This document shows, in pieces, positions 16,068-25,147 of a stretch of 37,362 nucleotides of DNA. The notes beneath the pieces are model-generated. The model ran no database searches. It was given only the letters and a program-made list of their open reading frames with translations, and was not told where the DNA came from. Source of the stretch: a virus (taxonomy: Duplodnaviria > Caudoviricetes); IMG/VR virus record IMGVR_UViG_3300022670_000254, positions 1-37,362 of that record; one strand, written 5' to 3'. The translations under genes and the position numbers were made by a program. Positions within the stretch are counted from its first letter, which is position 1. Every line of letters begins with the position of its first letter.

Positions 16068-16306
16068 TATCTGCTTTCAAGTTTTCGTTCTTCAATATCA
16101 AGTTCACGTTTCCGTTGGTGCCACATAGCATAATAATAAAGACCACCAATAATCATTGATAAAAAAGCAATCCCGACACCAATCATTTGTAATAACAAAG
16201 GTAGTTCAATTCCCCATACAGCAAAACCGCTAGTCATAGAGGTCAAGGTTGCTGTTTTTGCATTTTGGGCGAGATTTTCTGTCGTCTGTTGAAGGAGTTT
16301 TAACAA
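16067..16306 (-). CDS. Putative holin
   Basis: Hydrophobic helices plus highly charged C-terminus, upstream of endolysin. Confidence 0.65.
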   Translation of the reverse strand: MLKLLQQTTENLAQNAKTATLTSMTSGFAVWGIELPLLLQMIGVGIAFLSMIIGGLYYYAMWHQRKRELDIEERKLESR

Positions 16307-16454
16307 TGTGAAGTTCCTTTTTTATGAATTTTATTTTCTTGGGCCACTTCTTTACAACTGCTATTACTATCAGTAACCACACCACCATGGAAATTATGAA
16401 CGCTATTAATATATTTTCCGGTTGGGTTAGGTCTAAATATTTTGTCCAATCCAT
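16230..16454 (-). CDS. Possible overlapping single-TM protein
   Basis: Clear TM helix followed by a Lys-rich segment; overlaps two genes. Confidence 0.35.
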   Translation of the reverse strand: MDWTKYLDLTQPENILIAFIISMVVWLLIVIAVVKKWPKKIKFIKKELHIVKTPSTDDRKSRPKCKNSNLDLYD

Positions 16455-16911
16455 TACTAAGCCCCATTATTCCTGACTTCCAAAATAAAGAAATCATATA
16501 AAGCGTTAAAACAATTTGTAGTTCACCATAATGCCAATAAAATAAATCAAAGAAAGGCGCGTAATACCAAAAAGTATCTCTTATTGTTGCTATAAATGTC
16601 ATTATACACAGAATATTAACAGCCGATGAAACAATCAAAGCAGTTGAAAGTTTCAATAATATTGTGTGTTTTTCTGTTTTGTAGAATGCCAAAAGTATAA
16701 GAGATAATAATGATGCAATGATAAAAACAAAGAAAACTCCAGCCAAAGAACCACTTGCTGAAATAGAATATACAGCATCCAAAATAATAAAAATTACAGA
16801 ACTCCATAAAATTATTAATATAGCTGCAGTCTTGTACTCCTTCATATGCAACGAGGCCACTCCGAAGAGGGCCAACGTTGCTAATGACAAAGTATAGAAA
16901 ATATCAAACAT
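16300..16911 (-). CDS. Multi-pass membrane protein (about 5 TM)
   Basis: Hydrophobic N-terminal 145 aa, polar tail; TAATG-coupled to the upstream peptide. Confidence 0.75.
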   Translation of the reverse strand: MFDIFYTLSLATLALFGVASLHMKEYKTAAILIILWSSVIFIILDAVYSISASGSLAGVFFVFIIASLLSLILLAFYKTEKHTILLKLSTALIVSSAVNILCIMTFIATIRDTFWYYAPFFDLFYWHYGELQIVLTLYMISLFWKSGIMGLSNGLDKIFRPNPTGKYINSVHNFHGGVVTDSNSSCKEVAQENKIHKKGTSHC

Positions 16912-17102
16912 TAGCTACACAGTGGATCAATTAAAGGATTACAAGGGGGAATACAGCAATCTTTTTGCCCGCCATCAATATTCTCAACAGTAGTGAATGT
17001 GTCGAATGTTCCATCATCAAAAAGCACTGTTGCTGATACAATACGCTTAGTCGCTTTCTTTTTTCCAAAATCCATTTCATTAAGTGGTACATAATTACCC
17101 AT
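16911..17102 (-). CDS. Small protein with Cys/Pro-rich C-terminus (CCIPPCNPLIDPLCS)
   Basis: AAGGAG RBS. Confidence 0.75.
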   Translation of the reverse strand: MGNYVPLNEMDFGKKKATKRIVSATVLFDDGTFDTFTTVENIDGGQKDCCIPPCNPLIDPLCS

Positions 17103-17138
17103 TTTACTACTCCTTTAATTACAACGTCATTGTTGTTT

Positions 17139-17393
17139 CTATTTAATTTTTAAATTATCTATGTGTTCCTGAATATAATCAGGGATTGTTTCATCTGCAA
17201 GAAATTTAATATGCCTATATGTTGGCTTACCAACAACATCGGTAACAGGTTCAATCAATTCACCTTTGGGGCCAACTTTCGGCGGAACAGGTGTTATCAA
17301 GGGATCGTATTCTTCCCGCTTCATTGTGACAATCGTCACTCCATCTTTTAAATTTCTCACCCTACGAATAAACTCTCTTGTTTTAATTTCCAT
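17139..17393 (-). CDS. Hypothetical protein (possible tail fibre chaperone)
   Basis: Directly follows the tail fibre gene. Confidence 0.55.
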   Translation of the reverse strand: MEIKTREFIRRVRNLKDGVTIVTMKREEYDPLITPVPPKVGPKGELIEPVTDVVGKPTYRHIKFLADETIPDYIQEHIDNLKIK

Positions 17394-17401
17394 AATATTT
17401 C

Positions 17402-18175
17402 CTATTCATCAGTGAAGTAAGTTATTGATACGTTTATTTGGGTGCTGGATATGAACTTTGCGGCATTGCTGGAGCCACTTGTAACCCCATCTGTATCAAG
17501 TAAAATTACTGTGTCGGAGCCGTCAATCGTTCTAAGGTATGGGGTTCCAGAAAGAACACCACTTAAACCACTTATCATAGGAGACCCCACCGCCCTGTCA
17601 GAGTTTTCTGCTAAAGTAGCGCAATCAAAAGGCACCAATATTTGAACAATACCAGTGGGCGAACTAACACTATCGACCCTAAGGTTACCTTGCAATACTA
17701 CGACCCGGCCCATCTTTGTAACAGAAAGCGTGTTAAAAGCACTTTGAAGAGTGATGGTTCCGCTATCTGCGGTAATAGTGGTGACAAAAAGGTTTTCTTG
17801 GTAATCATCAAGAACATCTGTTTCACTACCAAAAGTTATGCCAACAAAATTAGGCGTATCAGTTGTATTCAAATCTTGATTAAACGGGTTATCAATATTT
17901 ACTGGATCATATGTATTAATAGGAGCGGTTGGCGGGTCGGTATCATTAGAAGGAGCAACAACCATTTTAAGACCTGTTGTCGTGGCTTTAAAAACATCGC
18001 CAATTTTACCATCTGCATCACAAATAATGGGGTTTGTGTTATCAACAGTTAAGGCATCATCTGAAAATGTTGTCACTTTTGTTGTTGTGCCCGTTATGTA
18101 AAAGAACACTTTAGCGCCGGACACAGGTTCCCCGTTGATTTGGACATGCCACTCAGGCGGTAAAATTCTAGCCAT
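17402..18175 (-). CDS. Short tail fibre/tailspike adaptor with P22-like head-binding N-terminus
   Basis: GEPVSGAKVFFY..GTT......D.......NPI..DADG; LDDY motif before a beta-rich C-terminal domain. Confidence 0.75.
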   Translation of the reverse strand: MARILPPEWHVQINGEPVSGAKVFFYITGTTTKVTTFSDDALTVDNTNPIICDADGKIGDVFKATTTGLKMVVAPSNDTDPPTAPINTYDPVNIDNPFNQDLNTTDTPNFVGITFGSETDVLDDYQENLFVTTITADSGTITLQSAFNTLSVTKMGRVVVLQGNLRVDSVSSPTGIVQILVPFDCATLAENSDRAVGSPMISGLSGVLSGTPYLRTIDGSDTVILLDTDGVTSGSSNAAKFISSTQINVSITYFTDE

Positions 18176-18188
18176 CTTATAACTCCAT

Positions 18189-18213
18189 AAAAAAACCCGC
18201 CATTAAGACGGGC
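18189..18213 (-). terminator. Intrinsic terminator
   Basis: CCCGTC-TTAAT-GGCGGG plus T7 on the minus strand. Confidence 0.7.
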
Positions 18214-18237
18214 TTATTCTTCAAATTTTAATCTTAT

Positions 18238-18588
18238 TTAACCTATGTATTCAGTGACATCCAAGGTAGTGGCCGCAATGCCTGTTCTTGTCCTAGCCCA
18301 CCATGAAGATTGAGAGCCTTTATTGCTGTCAAAATCCTTTTCAGGTACAAATCTATTATCGTTTCCTATAAAATTCTGACCAATTGTCTCACCAGTTAAA
18401 GCATTAGCCTCGGCCTCTGTGGCGGCCAAAACAATACATCTTGTTATGACATCACACGGTAACGAAATATTAATCATCATTCTTTTAGGATTCGCCGCGA
18501 CAACAAGAACAGCATCATTTCCGATAGCGGCGACAACAACCTGCTTAGACGAAGGGGTTAATACATCTCTTACTGTAAAAATACTCAT
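18238..18588 (-). CDS. Hypothetical, probable virion protein
   Basis: Beta-rich; located in the late operon. Confidence 0.6.
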   Translation of the reverse strand: MSIFTVRDVLTPSSKQVVVAAIGNDAVLVVAANPKRMMINISLPCDVITRCIVLAATEAEANALTGETIGQNFIGNDNRFVPEKDFDSNKGSQSSWWARTRTGIAATTLDVTEYIG

Positions 18589-19457
18589 ATCATTGCCCTC
18601 GCTACGGTTACGGGGTTTATTATACTTTTATTATCAACAATCAAAAAATCAGTGAACACCGTAACTTTAGTGCCTGTATTTTCGCTTATAGCCTCAAGTC
18701 TTAAATCTGTCTTTTCAGGCAGTGTAAAGGGTGCAACGATATTAACAGGGGCCAAAGCTTGATAAATTTGAATGCCACCACCAACAATAATTGGCCCGCC
18801 ATTGCTTTGAATTTGTGATCTAATATCAGCATCACCGCCTTTGCCAACATTCAACAAAATATGTTGTGCAAAACCTGTAAAACCCACCTCGATGCTGACT
18901 AAACTTGATTTAGTAACACCTTCGCCTACTTTTATTTTTAATCTTTCCGCACCACCACCGGCCACACGAATTATAATATCACCAACATTTTTGCCCCCAT
19001 CAGGGGTTAATATAAGTGCCTGTTTAGGTCTAAAATTAATTGCCCCACCAGGAATTAAGTTGGGTGTCGTGCCTGTAACTGTTGCTATCACATCCGGGGC
19101 ACCAACCCATCCATCAATGAGCCTTCCAACAAGAACCTTACCAGTACCGGGCCCTCCAACTTTATCATCTGGACTAGTGCTTACAATTTCCCACTCTTCA
19201 GCAGCGCCTTCTACGGGTAAAGATTGAGTTCCGCCCACATCTGATAAATCAACAAAACTTTCCCCAACAACATCGTTCATTCCAGCAACGTCAATAAGAG
19301 ATTGTCCTTGAACATTACCAATTTCTGTTTGCCATCTTGAATCCGAAACAGGCAACGGCCTACTAGTACTCACAACAACCTGATTAAATTCCGGGTTTGA
19401 AACCGTACTATCAGGTATGGTTTCGTCTTTAAATGTCATATTTCGTAGATCAGTCAT
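18585..19457 (-). CDS. Hypothetical, probable virion protein
   Basis: Gly/Val/Thr-rich 290 aa; late operon. Confidence 0.65.
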   Translation of the reverse strand: MTDLRNMTFKDETIPDSTVSNPEFNQVVVSTSRPLPVSDSRWQTEIGNVQGQSLIDVAGMNDVVGESFVDLSDVGGTQSLPVEGAAEEWEIVSTSPDDKVGGPGTGKVLVGRLIDGWVGAPDVIATVTGTTPNLIPGGAINFRPKQALILTPDGGKNVGDIIIRVAGGGAERLKIKVGEGVTKSSLVSIEVGFTGFAQHILLNVGKGGDADIRSQIQSNGGPIIVGGGIQIYQALAPVNIVAPFTLPEKTDLRLEAISENTGTKVTVFTDFLIVDNKSIINPVTVARAMI

Positions 19458-19573
19458 TGCCTATCCTTTATTTGATAGGTTATTTTAGACAATTACCGTG
19501 AAATTAATATGACGTTCAACACAATCCATTAGTTTTTGTTACATTTTAACAACACACTATGACATTAACGCAA

Positions 19574-21910
19574 CTATTGATTAACATCCCTTGCTTTTCC
19601 TGTTGCTCCAGTTACGCCAAATCTTGTTAAAAATGTAGCTAGGTTTTTTTCTTTCCGAGCAATTTCTGGTGTTAATTTTTTAGCACCGGATTGCCTGATT
19701 GATTTTAAAGCAGTTTGTTTTGCTGCGTCGTCAGCGACTTTATCAATACCGGCTCTTGCTATTGCCGCCGTTGTACGACCCGCAACAGGGAGTGCAGAAA
19801 TTAGGTTTAAAAGCCCATTAATAATAGCTTGACCTGTGCCACTTGGGTTTATGGTTCCTTTAATATCAATTGTGGCATCACCTATTAATTGTTGAAGTCT
19901 TTTAAATTCTTCAAAGGTCTTTTTAGGCAATAATGTTTTTAAAATTTCATCACCGCCAAGTTTATTGACGGCAGAATTAAGACGCAAACCACTTAATTCA
20001 CCACCGGGACCAATGGAACTCGAAAATAAATCATCAATTGCAAGGTTTTGAATTTCTAACCATGCAGTTTGACCTTTTGCCTCTTGCTCTTTATTCCCTG
20101 TTTTTTTCAATAATGTTTGTTTCAACCGTCTTAAATTCGTTAAGCCACGATTATTGAATATGGTTCTTCTTACTTGTTCGGCTGCAATTTGTGGTGTTTC
20201 TGTTTCAAAACCTTTAGATAGTTTGAATTTTGTTAGGTTTTCAATAATATCCTTAGCTTCAAAGTCTTTTCCAACTTGCTGCCTTGCACCTCTAGCAGTT
20301 TCAAAGGCTTCTTGTCTTGCTCGGGCCCCTGATGCCCCAGCCTGTTTTCCCCTCAAAGCTGTTGCTATTGTGTTATCAATTTCATTGTCAATTTGATTAA
20401 TGATAGAAACAACGACACCAGAAGGGTCACGGCCCAATTTATTCAAACCCTGTCTAAATTCTTCTGAATTACCTAAATTTAATTCTTGAACGCCTTTTCT
20501 AACAGGTATTCTACGCCCTTCATGCAAAACAGCATTACTAACCCCCTCGATGGGCTCACCTATAATTCCAAATCTGGCAAGTAAAATTTGAAGAGGTCGT
20601 AAAGTTTTATCTTCAATTGGTAATGTATCAACACCATCCTCAAAAGCTTCTTTAAGAGGGTTAGTTATAATTTTCTTTTCTTGGCCAACCAAATCACGGG
20701 CCACGGTGTATAATCGACTAACCTCAGCCCTGCTCATTCTAGCAACGTCAACTATAGACGCTTTTATTGATGCACCACGTTCGGCATCAGTAGCACCTTT
20801 AATCCCCCCTATTCTTGAAGAAAATCGGTCTGTGGCACGTTGTAATCCTTCTTGGGTGCCCCTAGCGGCGGTCCTTGCCTCTTCGCCCTCGACAGACCCC
20901 GCAATTGTCCTTAAGGTATTTTCCGCTTGTTGTTGGGTAAAATCTTGATTTATCCTTGCGCTTGTCAAAGGGACTTCAAATTCTTCGGCCCTTGCCTGTC
21001 TTACTAAAGCTTTTGGGTCAGTAATTTCTCCCCTTGTTTTTCCTCGTACTGATTCAACAAAAGAATCTTGAATGCGTTTTGCTTCTTTATCTGACAATCC
21101 AGCCCCCAAAGCCTTAACATCATCAATGCTTATCCCCATTTCATTTAAAGCTTGTAATCCTTCTTTGTTTATTTCTCCCGCATTATCAATAAATCTTTTA
21201 CCAAATTGACGACCTGTGGTTTTTTCAAAAGCAGCGGCGGCAATAGAAGTTATTTTATTTCCTGTTTGCCTTAAAAATTTACCAACAATAGGAAGAGCGG
21301 CCTGTGAACCGGCACCGAAGACAGCGCCTAATTGAGCATTTGTGAACCGTTCAAAAACAGGGTCTTCACTTTCTGTTGGCAATAGCAAGCCAAAACCAGC
21401 ACCGGCCAATGCTGTCCCAGGTATGGTTGCCGGCGCTGCTACTATAATAGGGATAGTACCCGCAATATTTCCGCCAATCCTTCCAATAAAACCAGCAATT
21501 TGATTTTCAGATGTTTCAGCCTCAAAGGATTCTCTTTCTTGTGTTGCTGCTGTGGTGAATATTTGTTGGGCCTCAGCGCCTTCTTCAGGTGTTATCAATC
21601 CTGCTGCTTCTAATCCACCACTTATCAATTGGCCACCGCCCAAGGCTAATTCTGTGAAACCTTGCTCAAAACCTCTTTCTAAACTTTCGGATGTATCACG
21701 CAAAGGATCGCCAGCGGATAAAGTCAATTGGCCGCTTGTAAGGGGAGCTGGCCTATCTCTATCAAGTGGTTGAAGATTAAGTCTTTGTGTTACATCTGCC
21801 CCAACTCGTTCACCTGCTGTAGGGGTTCTTAAAGACAAACGACGTTGCTTTTCAGCCTTCAACCCTCTTAATTCTTTTTCCCTTAAAAGAACTTGTAATT
21901 CATCAGCCAT
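19574..21910 (-). CDS. DNA ejection protein (P22 gp16 position)
   Basis: Large Ala/Gly-rich helical protein, third of three internal virion genes. Confidence 0.7.
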   Translation of the reverse strand: MADELQVLLREKELRGLKAEKQRRLSLRTPTAGERVGADVTQRLNLQPLDRDRPAPLTSGQLTLSAGDPLRDTSESLERGFEQGFTELALGGGQLISGGLEAAGLITPEEGAEAQQIFTTAATQERESFEAETSENQIAGFIGRIGGNIAGTIPIIVAAPATIPGTALAGAGFGLLLPTESEDPVFERFTNAQLGAVFGAGSQAALPIVGKFLRQTGNKITSIAAAAFEKTTGRQFGKRFIDNAGEINKEGLQALNEMGISIDDVKALGAGLSDKEAKRIQDSFVESVRGKTRGEITDPKALVRQARAEEFEVPLTSARINQDFTQQQAENTLRTIAGSVEGEEARTAARGTQEGLQRATDRFSSRIGGIKGATDAERGASIKASIVDVARMSRAEVSRLYTVARDLVGQEKKIITNPLKEAFEDGVDTLPIEDKTLRPLQILLARFGIIGEPIEGVSNAVLHEGRRIPVRKGVQELNLGNSEEFRQGLNKLGRDPSGVVVSIINQIDNEIDNTIATALRGKQAGASGARARQEAFETARGARQQVGKDFEAKDIIENLTKFKLSKGFETETPQIAAEQVRRTIFNNRGLTNLRRLKQTLLKKTGNKEQEAKGQTAWLEIQNLAIDDLFSSSIGPGGELSGLRLNSAVNKLGGDEILKTLLPKKTFEEFKRLQQLIGDATIDIKGTINPSGTGQAIINGLLNLISALPVAGRTTAAIARAGIDKVADDAAKQTALKSIRQSGAKKLTPEIARKEKNLATFLTRFGVTGATGKARDVNQ

Positions 21911-23028
21911 TAATTATTACCTTTTTCAGCTTCTAGCGCCGCAATCCTTGCGTCTAAATCAACATCATTTAAATCACCAGCGGCACGTGATTGATTGCGT
22001 TCATCTTCTTTTAATTTAACAAACTCAGCAATTGAACCGCCACCATCAATAAATTGAACCGCTTCGGCTAAATTAGTCCTCAATTTATTTTGGGCGGCTT
22101 TCTTTCTATCAATCCAATCAATTAAAGCGGGCCCATCTAAACCAGTTGGAAGGGCTGTATCTAATGCAAGGTCTAATTCGCCTTGGGATAAAGCCCCAAA
22201 TGTAACGCCACCGATAACATCAAGACCTAATTCATTTCTTACTTGGTCTAAAGCAACAGAAGCCGCTCTAAAGCTTGGGAATAAATGTTCAATTGGGCCA
22301 GTACCAGCACCATCAACAACTAATCCTCGCGCGACATCAAGATTAGTGATGTTTTTACCTATTTTCTCAATTGTTGCAAAGCTTCTAGTTATTAACGCAG
22401 ATTTAGCCGCCCCTTGAGCTTTACTGAATGCCTTACCGCCCTCAGTGACTATTTCTTCTTCTGGTGTTTCCTTAATAGATCCACCCACTTCTTTTACTTC
22501 AAGGCTTCCGTCTGACCGTGATTGTGTAACAAAATTACCAAATGACCCATCAGGTTTTTTAGCTTGAAACACACCGGAAGTCTTGACGCGGCTTGATACA
22601 GGGTCAAAGTCAGTAAATTGAGCTTGTAAAGCTTGTAATTTTGGCAAAAGGTCGGGGGTGAATTGTTCAGGCAAGCTTGAAACATCAGCACCCATGTTTT
22701 CAGCCGCCGTCCTAGCTCTTGTATATCTATCGGCTATACCAGCCTGATCACCTTCAAGGGTAAATCTAATTAGGTTGCCAAATCTTTTAGCTATGTCTTT
22801 CTGTGCCGCTACATCAATTGTTTGTTGCCCTTGTTCCTCACGAACACCTGTGGCCCGCTTTCTTTCTTCAAAAGTTTCACGCTGAATACCTTCTCGGACA
22901 CCCGTTGACCGTCGTTGCTCTAGTTGTTGCAAAGCACGGTTTGTGCCCGCCACGGCGCTTAACGCGGCCTGAGTTGTTGGGGCCGCGCTGGTTCTTAATG
23001 CCAAAGCTGGGTTTGTATGTCCTGACAA
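21910..23028 (-). CDS. DNA ejection protein (P22 gp20 position)
   Basis: Synteny; FGALSQGEL motif; helical. Confidence 0.65.
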   Translation of the reverse strand: MSGHTNPALALRTSAAPTTQAALSAVAGTNRALQQLEQRRSTGVREGIQRETFEERKRATGVREEQGQQTIDVAAQKDIAKRFGNLIRFTLEGDQAGIADRYTRARTAAENMGADVSSLPEQFTPDLLPKLQALQAQFTDFDPVSSRVKTSGVFQAKKPDGSFGNFVTQSRSDGSLEVKEVGGSIKETPEEEIVTEGGKAFSKAQGAAKSALITRSFATIEKIGKNITNLDVARGLVVDGAGTGPIEHLFPSFRAASVALDQVRNELGLDVIGGVTFGALSQGELDLALDTALPTGLDGPALIDWIDRKKAAQNKLRTNLAEAVQFIDGGGSIAEFVKLKEDERNQSRAAGDLNDVDLDARIAALEAEKGNN

Positions 23029-23029
23029 A

Positions 23030-24100
23030 TTAACCTCCTACAAAGTTTAAAGCTGGATTTTGAATTGGTGATAAGGGGGCAAAATCTACATTTGCCGTTG
23101 ATGGCGTCCCCCGATTTAATAGTAAGGCGTTATTAATACCGCCTGTGACGGCCCCTGCAACACCTGCAAGGCCTTGATTTCTTGCATTGGCCGCGCCGAC
23201 TATGCCGCTTGCACGATTTGCCCCGCCAGTTTGGATAAGGTTGGCAATGTTTCCAGATGATGCCGATCCTGCAGCCGTTGCTGATGTGGCCGCCGCTGAC
23301 CCGCCCGTTCTAAGAGCGTTCAACCGATTAAAGAAATTATTAAATTCTGATGAAGCCAAACCACTATTGAATTCAGCTAAGTTTTCAATTGCGGCACCAC
23401 TAAAAAACCTCCCACGGGCTGCATTGGCCCTATTAATGGCCTGTTCACCCTGTTCTTGACGGAATTGAAACCCGGGGCTTTCTTGGAAAACGTCTAATCC
23501 TGTTGCTGGCCCATCCGGTGCTCCTGTCGGGGCTGCTGTTGCTGCTGTTGCCCCACCTGGGGATACCTCTGTTCCAATAGGCCCGCCAGCAATAGGCGTG
23601 TCGATAACACCAAGATTTCTAATCGCTTGATTAGGGGCCCCACCAATATTAACGCGACGGCCTCCATTAGCAAAATTATTAATCCTGTCTTCAGCAATAT
23701 CACCCTCAGTGGAAAACTGGTTACCGCCCTGAAATCTAACACCGCCGCCACCGCGACGGCCTAAATTTCTTGTTGGCGTGATTGTCTCAATATTTCTTGC
23801 CGTGGGAATAGCAGCCGGGTCAGGTGTTATCGGTGGGGCCGCCGTTGCCGTTGGGGTCTGTAAATTAAATAATCGTGAAAGCGCATCGTTTGCCGCAACA
23901 CTAGTCGCTAAGAATGGGGCAAGGTTTTCTTGGGCTATATCGGCTTGACGTCGCTGTTCTACAATGGCCGTGTCAGTTGATTCCGCTTGCACTTCAGCCG
24001 CTTCACGGGAAGCCCTTGCTGCTTGACCACCACCAATTAAGGCCGCACCACCACCAATAACAGCGGCTCCTAAGATTGCTGCTCCTGTTGAAACTACCAT
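23030..24100 (-). CDS. DNA ejection protein (P22 gp7-like)
   Basis: Gly/Ala N-terminus, Q..LAPF, SPGFQFRQEQG..A....AARG...SG. Confidence 0.8.
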   Translation of the reverse strand: MVVSTGAAILGAAVIGGGAALIGGGQAARASREAAEVQAESTDTAIVEQRRQADIAQENLAPFLATSVAANDALSRLFNLQTPTATAAPPITPDPAAIPTARNIETITPTRNLGRRGGGGVRFQGGNQFSTEGDIAEDRINNFANGGRRVNIGGAPNQAIRNLGVIDTPIAGGPIGTEVSPGGATAATAAPTGAPDGPATGLDVFQESPGFQFRQEQGEQAINRANAARGRFFSGAAIENLAEFNSGLASSEFNNFFNRLNALRTGGSAAATSATAAGSASSGNIANLIQTGGANRASGIVGAANARNQGLAGVAGAVTGGINNALLLNRGTPSTANVDFAPLSPIQNPALNFVGG

Positions 24101-24101
24101 G

Positions 24102-24518
24102 TCAAATTACCTTTATATAAGTGTGTTCAAGGGGAAAATATCCCATTCGTTCGTATAGCCCGCCAACTCTTTCGGGGTTTAATCCATGCAAAGTAATCAT
24201 TGCTATTGATTTAGCGCCTTTTTCTTTTGCTAAATTCTCGAAAGCTTTTAATAACTTCAATCCGTCTTTATCAGCCCACCAAAACAATTCTTGGGCCGTT
24301 AACTCACCAGTGAAATAATGAGGATAAAACAAACATCCAATACATCCGTGATCATTCCTTAAAATATATCCGGCTTCATCGTTTATTAAATGTGTCAAGG
24401 TTTTTTCTAAAAACTCATCACTAAAATTCATTTTAACAGGCCATTCATTAGCCGCGAAAAACTTCCTGCCAATATCAGCAAGCCAAGGGATGTCTTCTAA
24501 TGTTGCTTCTCTAATCAT
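24102..24518 (-). CDS. GNAT-family acetyltransferase-like protein
   Basis: MIREATLEDIP, ELFWW, LYERMGY...E..Y.K; usual position before the ejection genes. Confidence 0.8.
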   Translation of the reverse strand: MIREATLEDIPWLADIGRKFFAANEWPVKMNFSDEFLEKTLTHLINDEAGYILRNDHGCIGCLFYPHYFTGELTAQELFWWADKDGLKLLKAFENLAKEKGAKSIAMITLHGLNPERVGGLYERMGYFPLEHTYIKVI

Positions 24519-25147
24519 TTTTTAAATTCTGTTACTGTAATACTGGCGAAGTGGCAGACGACATTAGCCGATCCGTTTAGGTGTTTCACTTTTACTGAGA
24601 ATGAAGTTCCCAAATCCCCTAGAACATCCTTAGCAATCTCTCGAATCGGTACGAGTTGTTTATTCGAGCTTCCAGTTATAAAGTGCTCAAAGATTAAAGC
24701 GACCCCGGGACTCACGCTAAGTACGATCTGTATTGTCTCGTCAATGTCCGAAGACATCATAAGGAATCCCTCTTTGATGATATTATTCACCGTGGTGTTT
24801 GTATGAGTCACAGACACCATAGCTGTCGATGTAGTTGTCACGGATGGAGGGCTCGCATCCTCGGCATAACTAATTTTCGTAGCTGCATTATCTTTTAAAT
24901 TGCTTGTTTCAACCCCATCTGTTGCTATCTCATTAGTAGTTACTGCGTTTGTTGCAATCTTAGCCGTTTCAACAGCATCGGTAGCCAATTGATCAGTATC
25001 AACAGCGGCATCGGCTATTTTATCTGTTGATACGGCACCGTCAGCAAGATCAGGTGTATCAACGATGTCTAAGGTTGATGTGTCACCAAATTGGGCCGCC
25101 CATACCGCTAAACCAGCGAGACCAGTAAAAGGTCTTACTTTTCCCAT
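24515..25147 (-). CDS. Tail needle/fibre-like protein with 10-aa repeats
   Basis: About 5 repeats of [D/N]AVxTxKIA; follows the tail hub gene. Confidence 0.65.
   Translation of the reverse strand: MGKVRPFTGLAGLAVWAAQFGDTSTLDIVDTPDLADGAVSTDKIADAAVDTDQLATDAVETAKIATNAVTTNEIATDGVETSNLKDNAATKISYAEDASPPSVTTTSTAMVSVTHTNTTVNNIIKEGFLMMSSDIDETIQIVLSVSPGVALIFEHFITGSSNKQLVPIREIAKDVLGDLGTSFSVKVKHLNGSANVVCHFASITVTEFKK

Noticed and set aside
24880-25050. 30-bp periodicity
   Set aside because: Protein-level 10-aa repeat of a tail fibre/needle, not a DNA element
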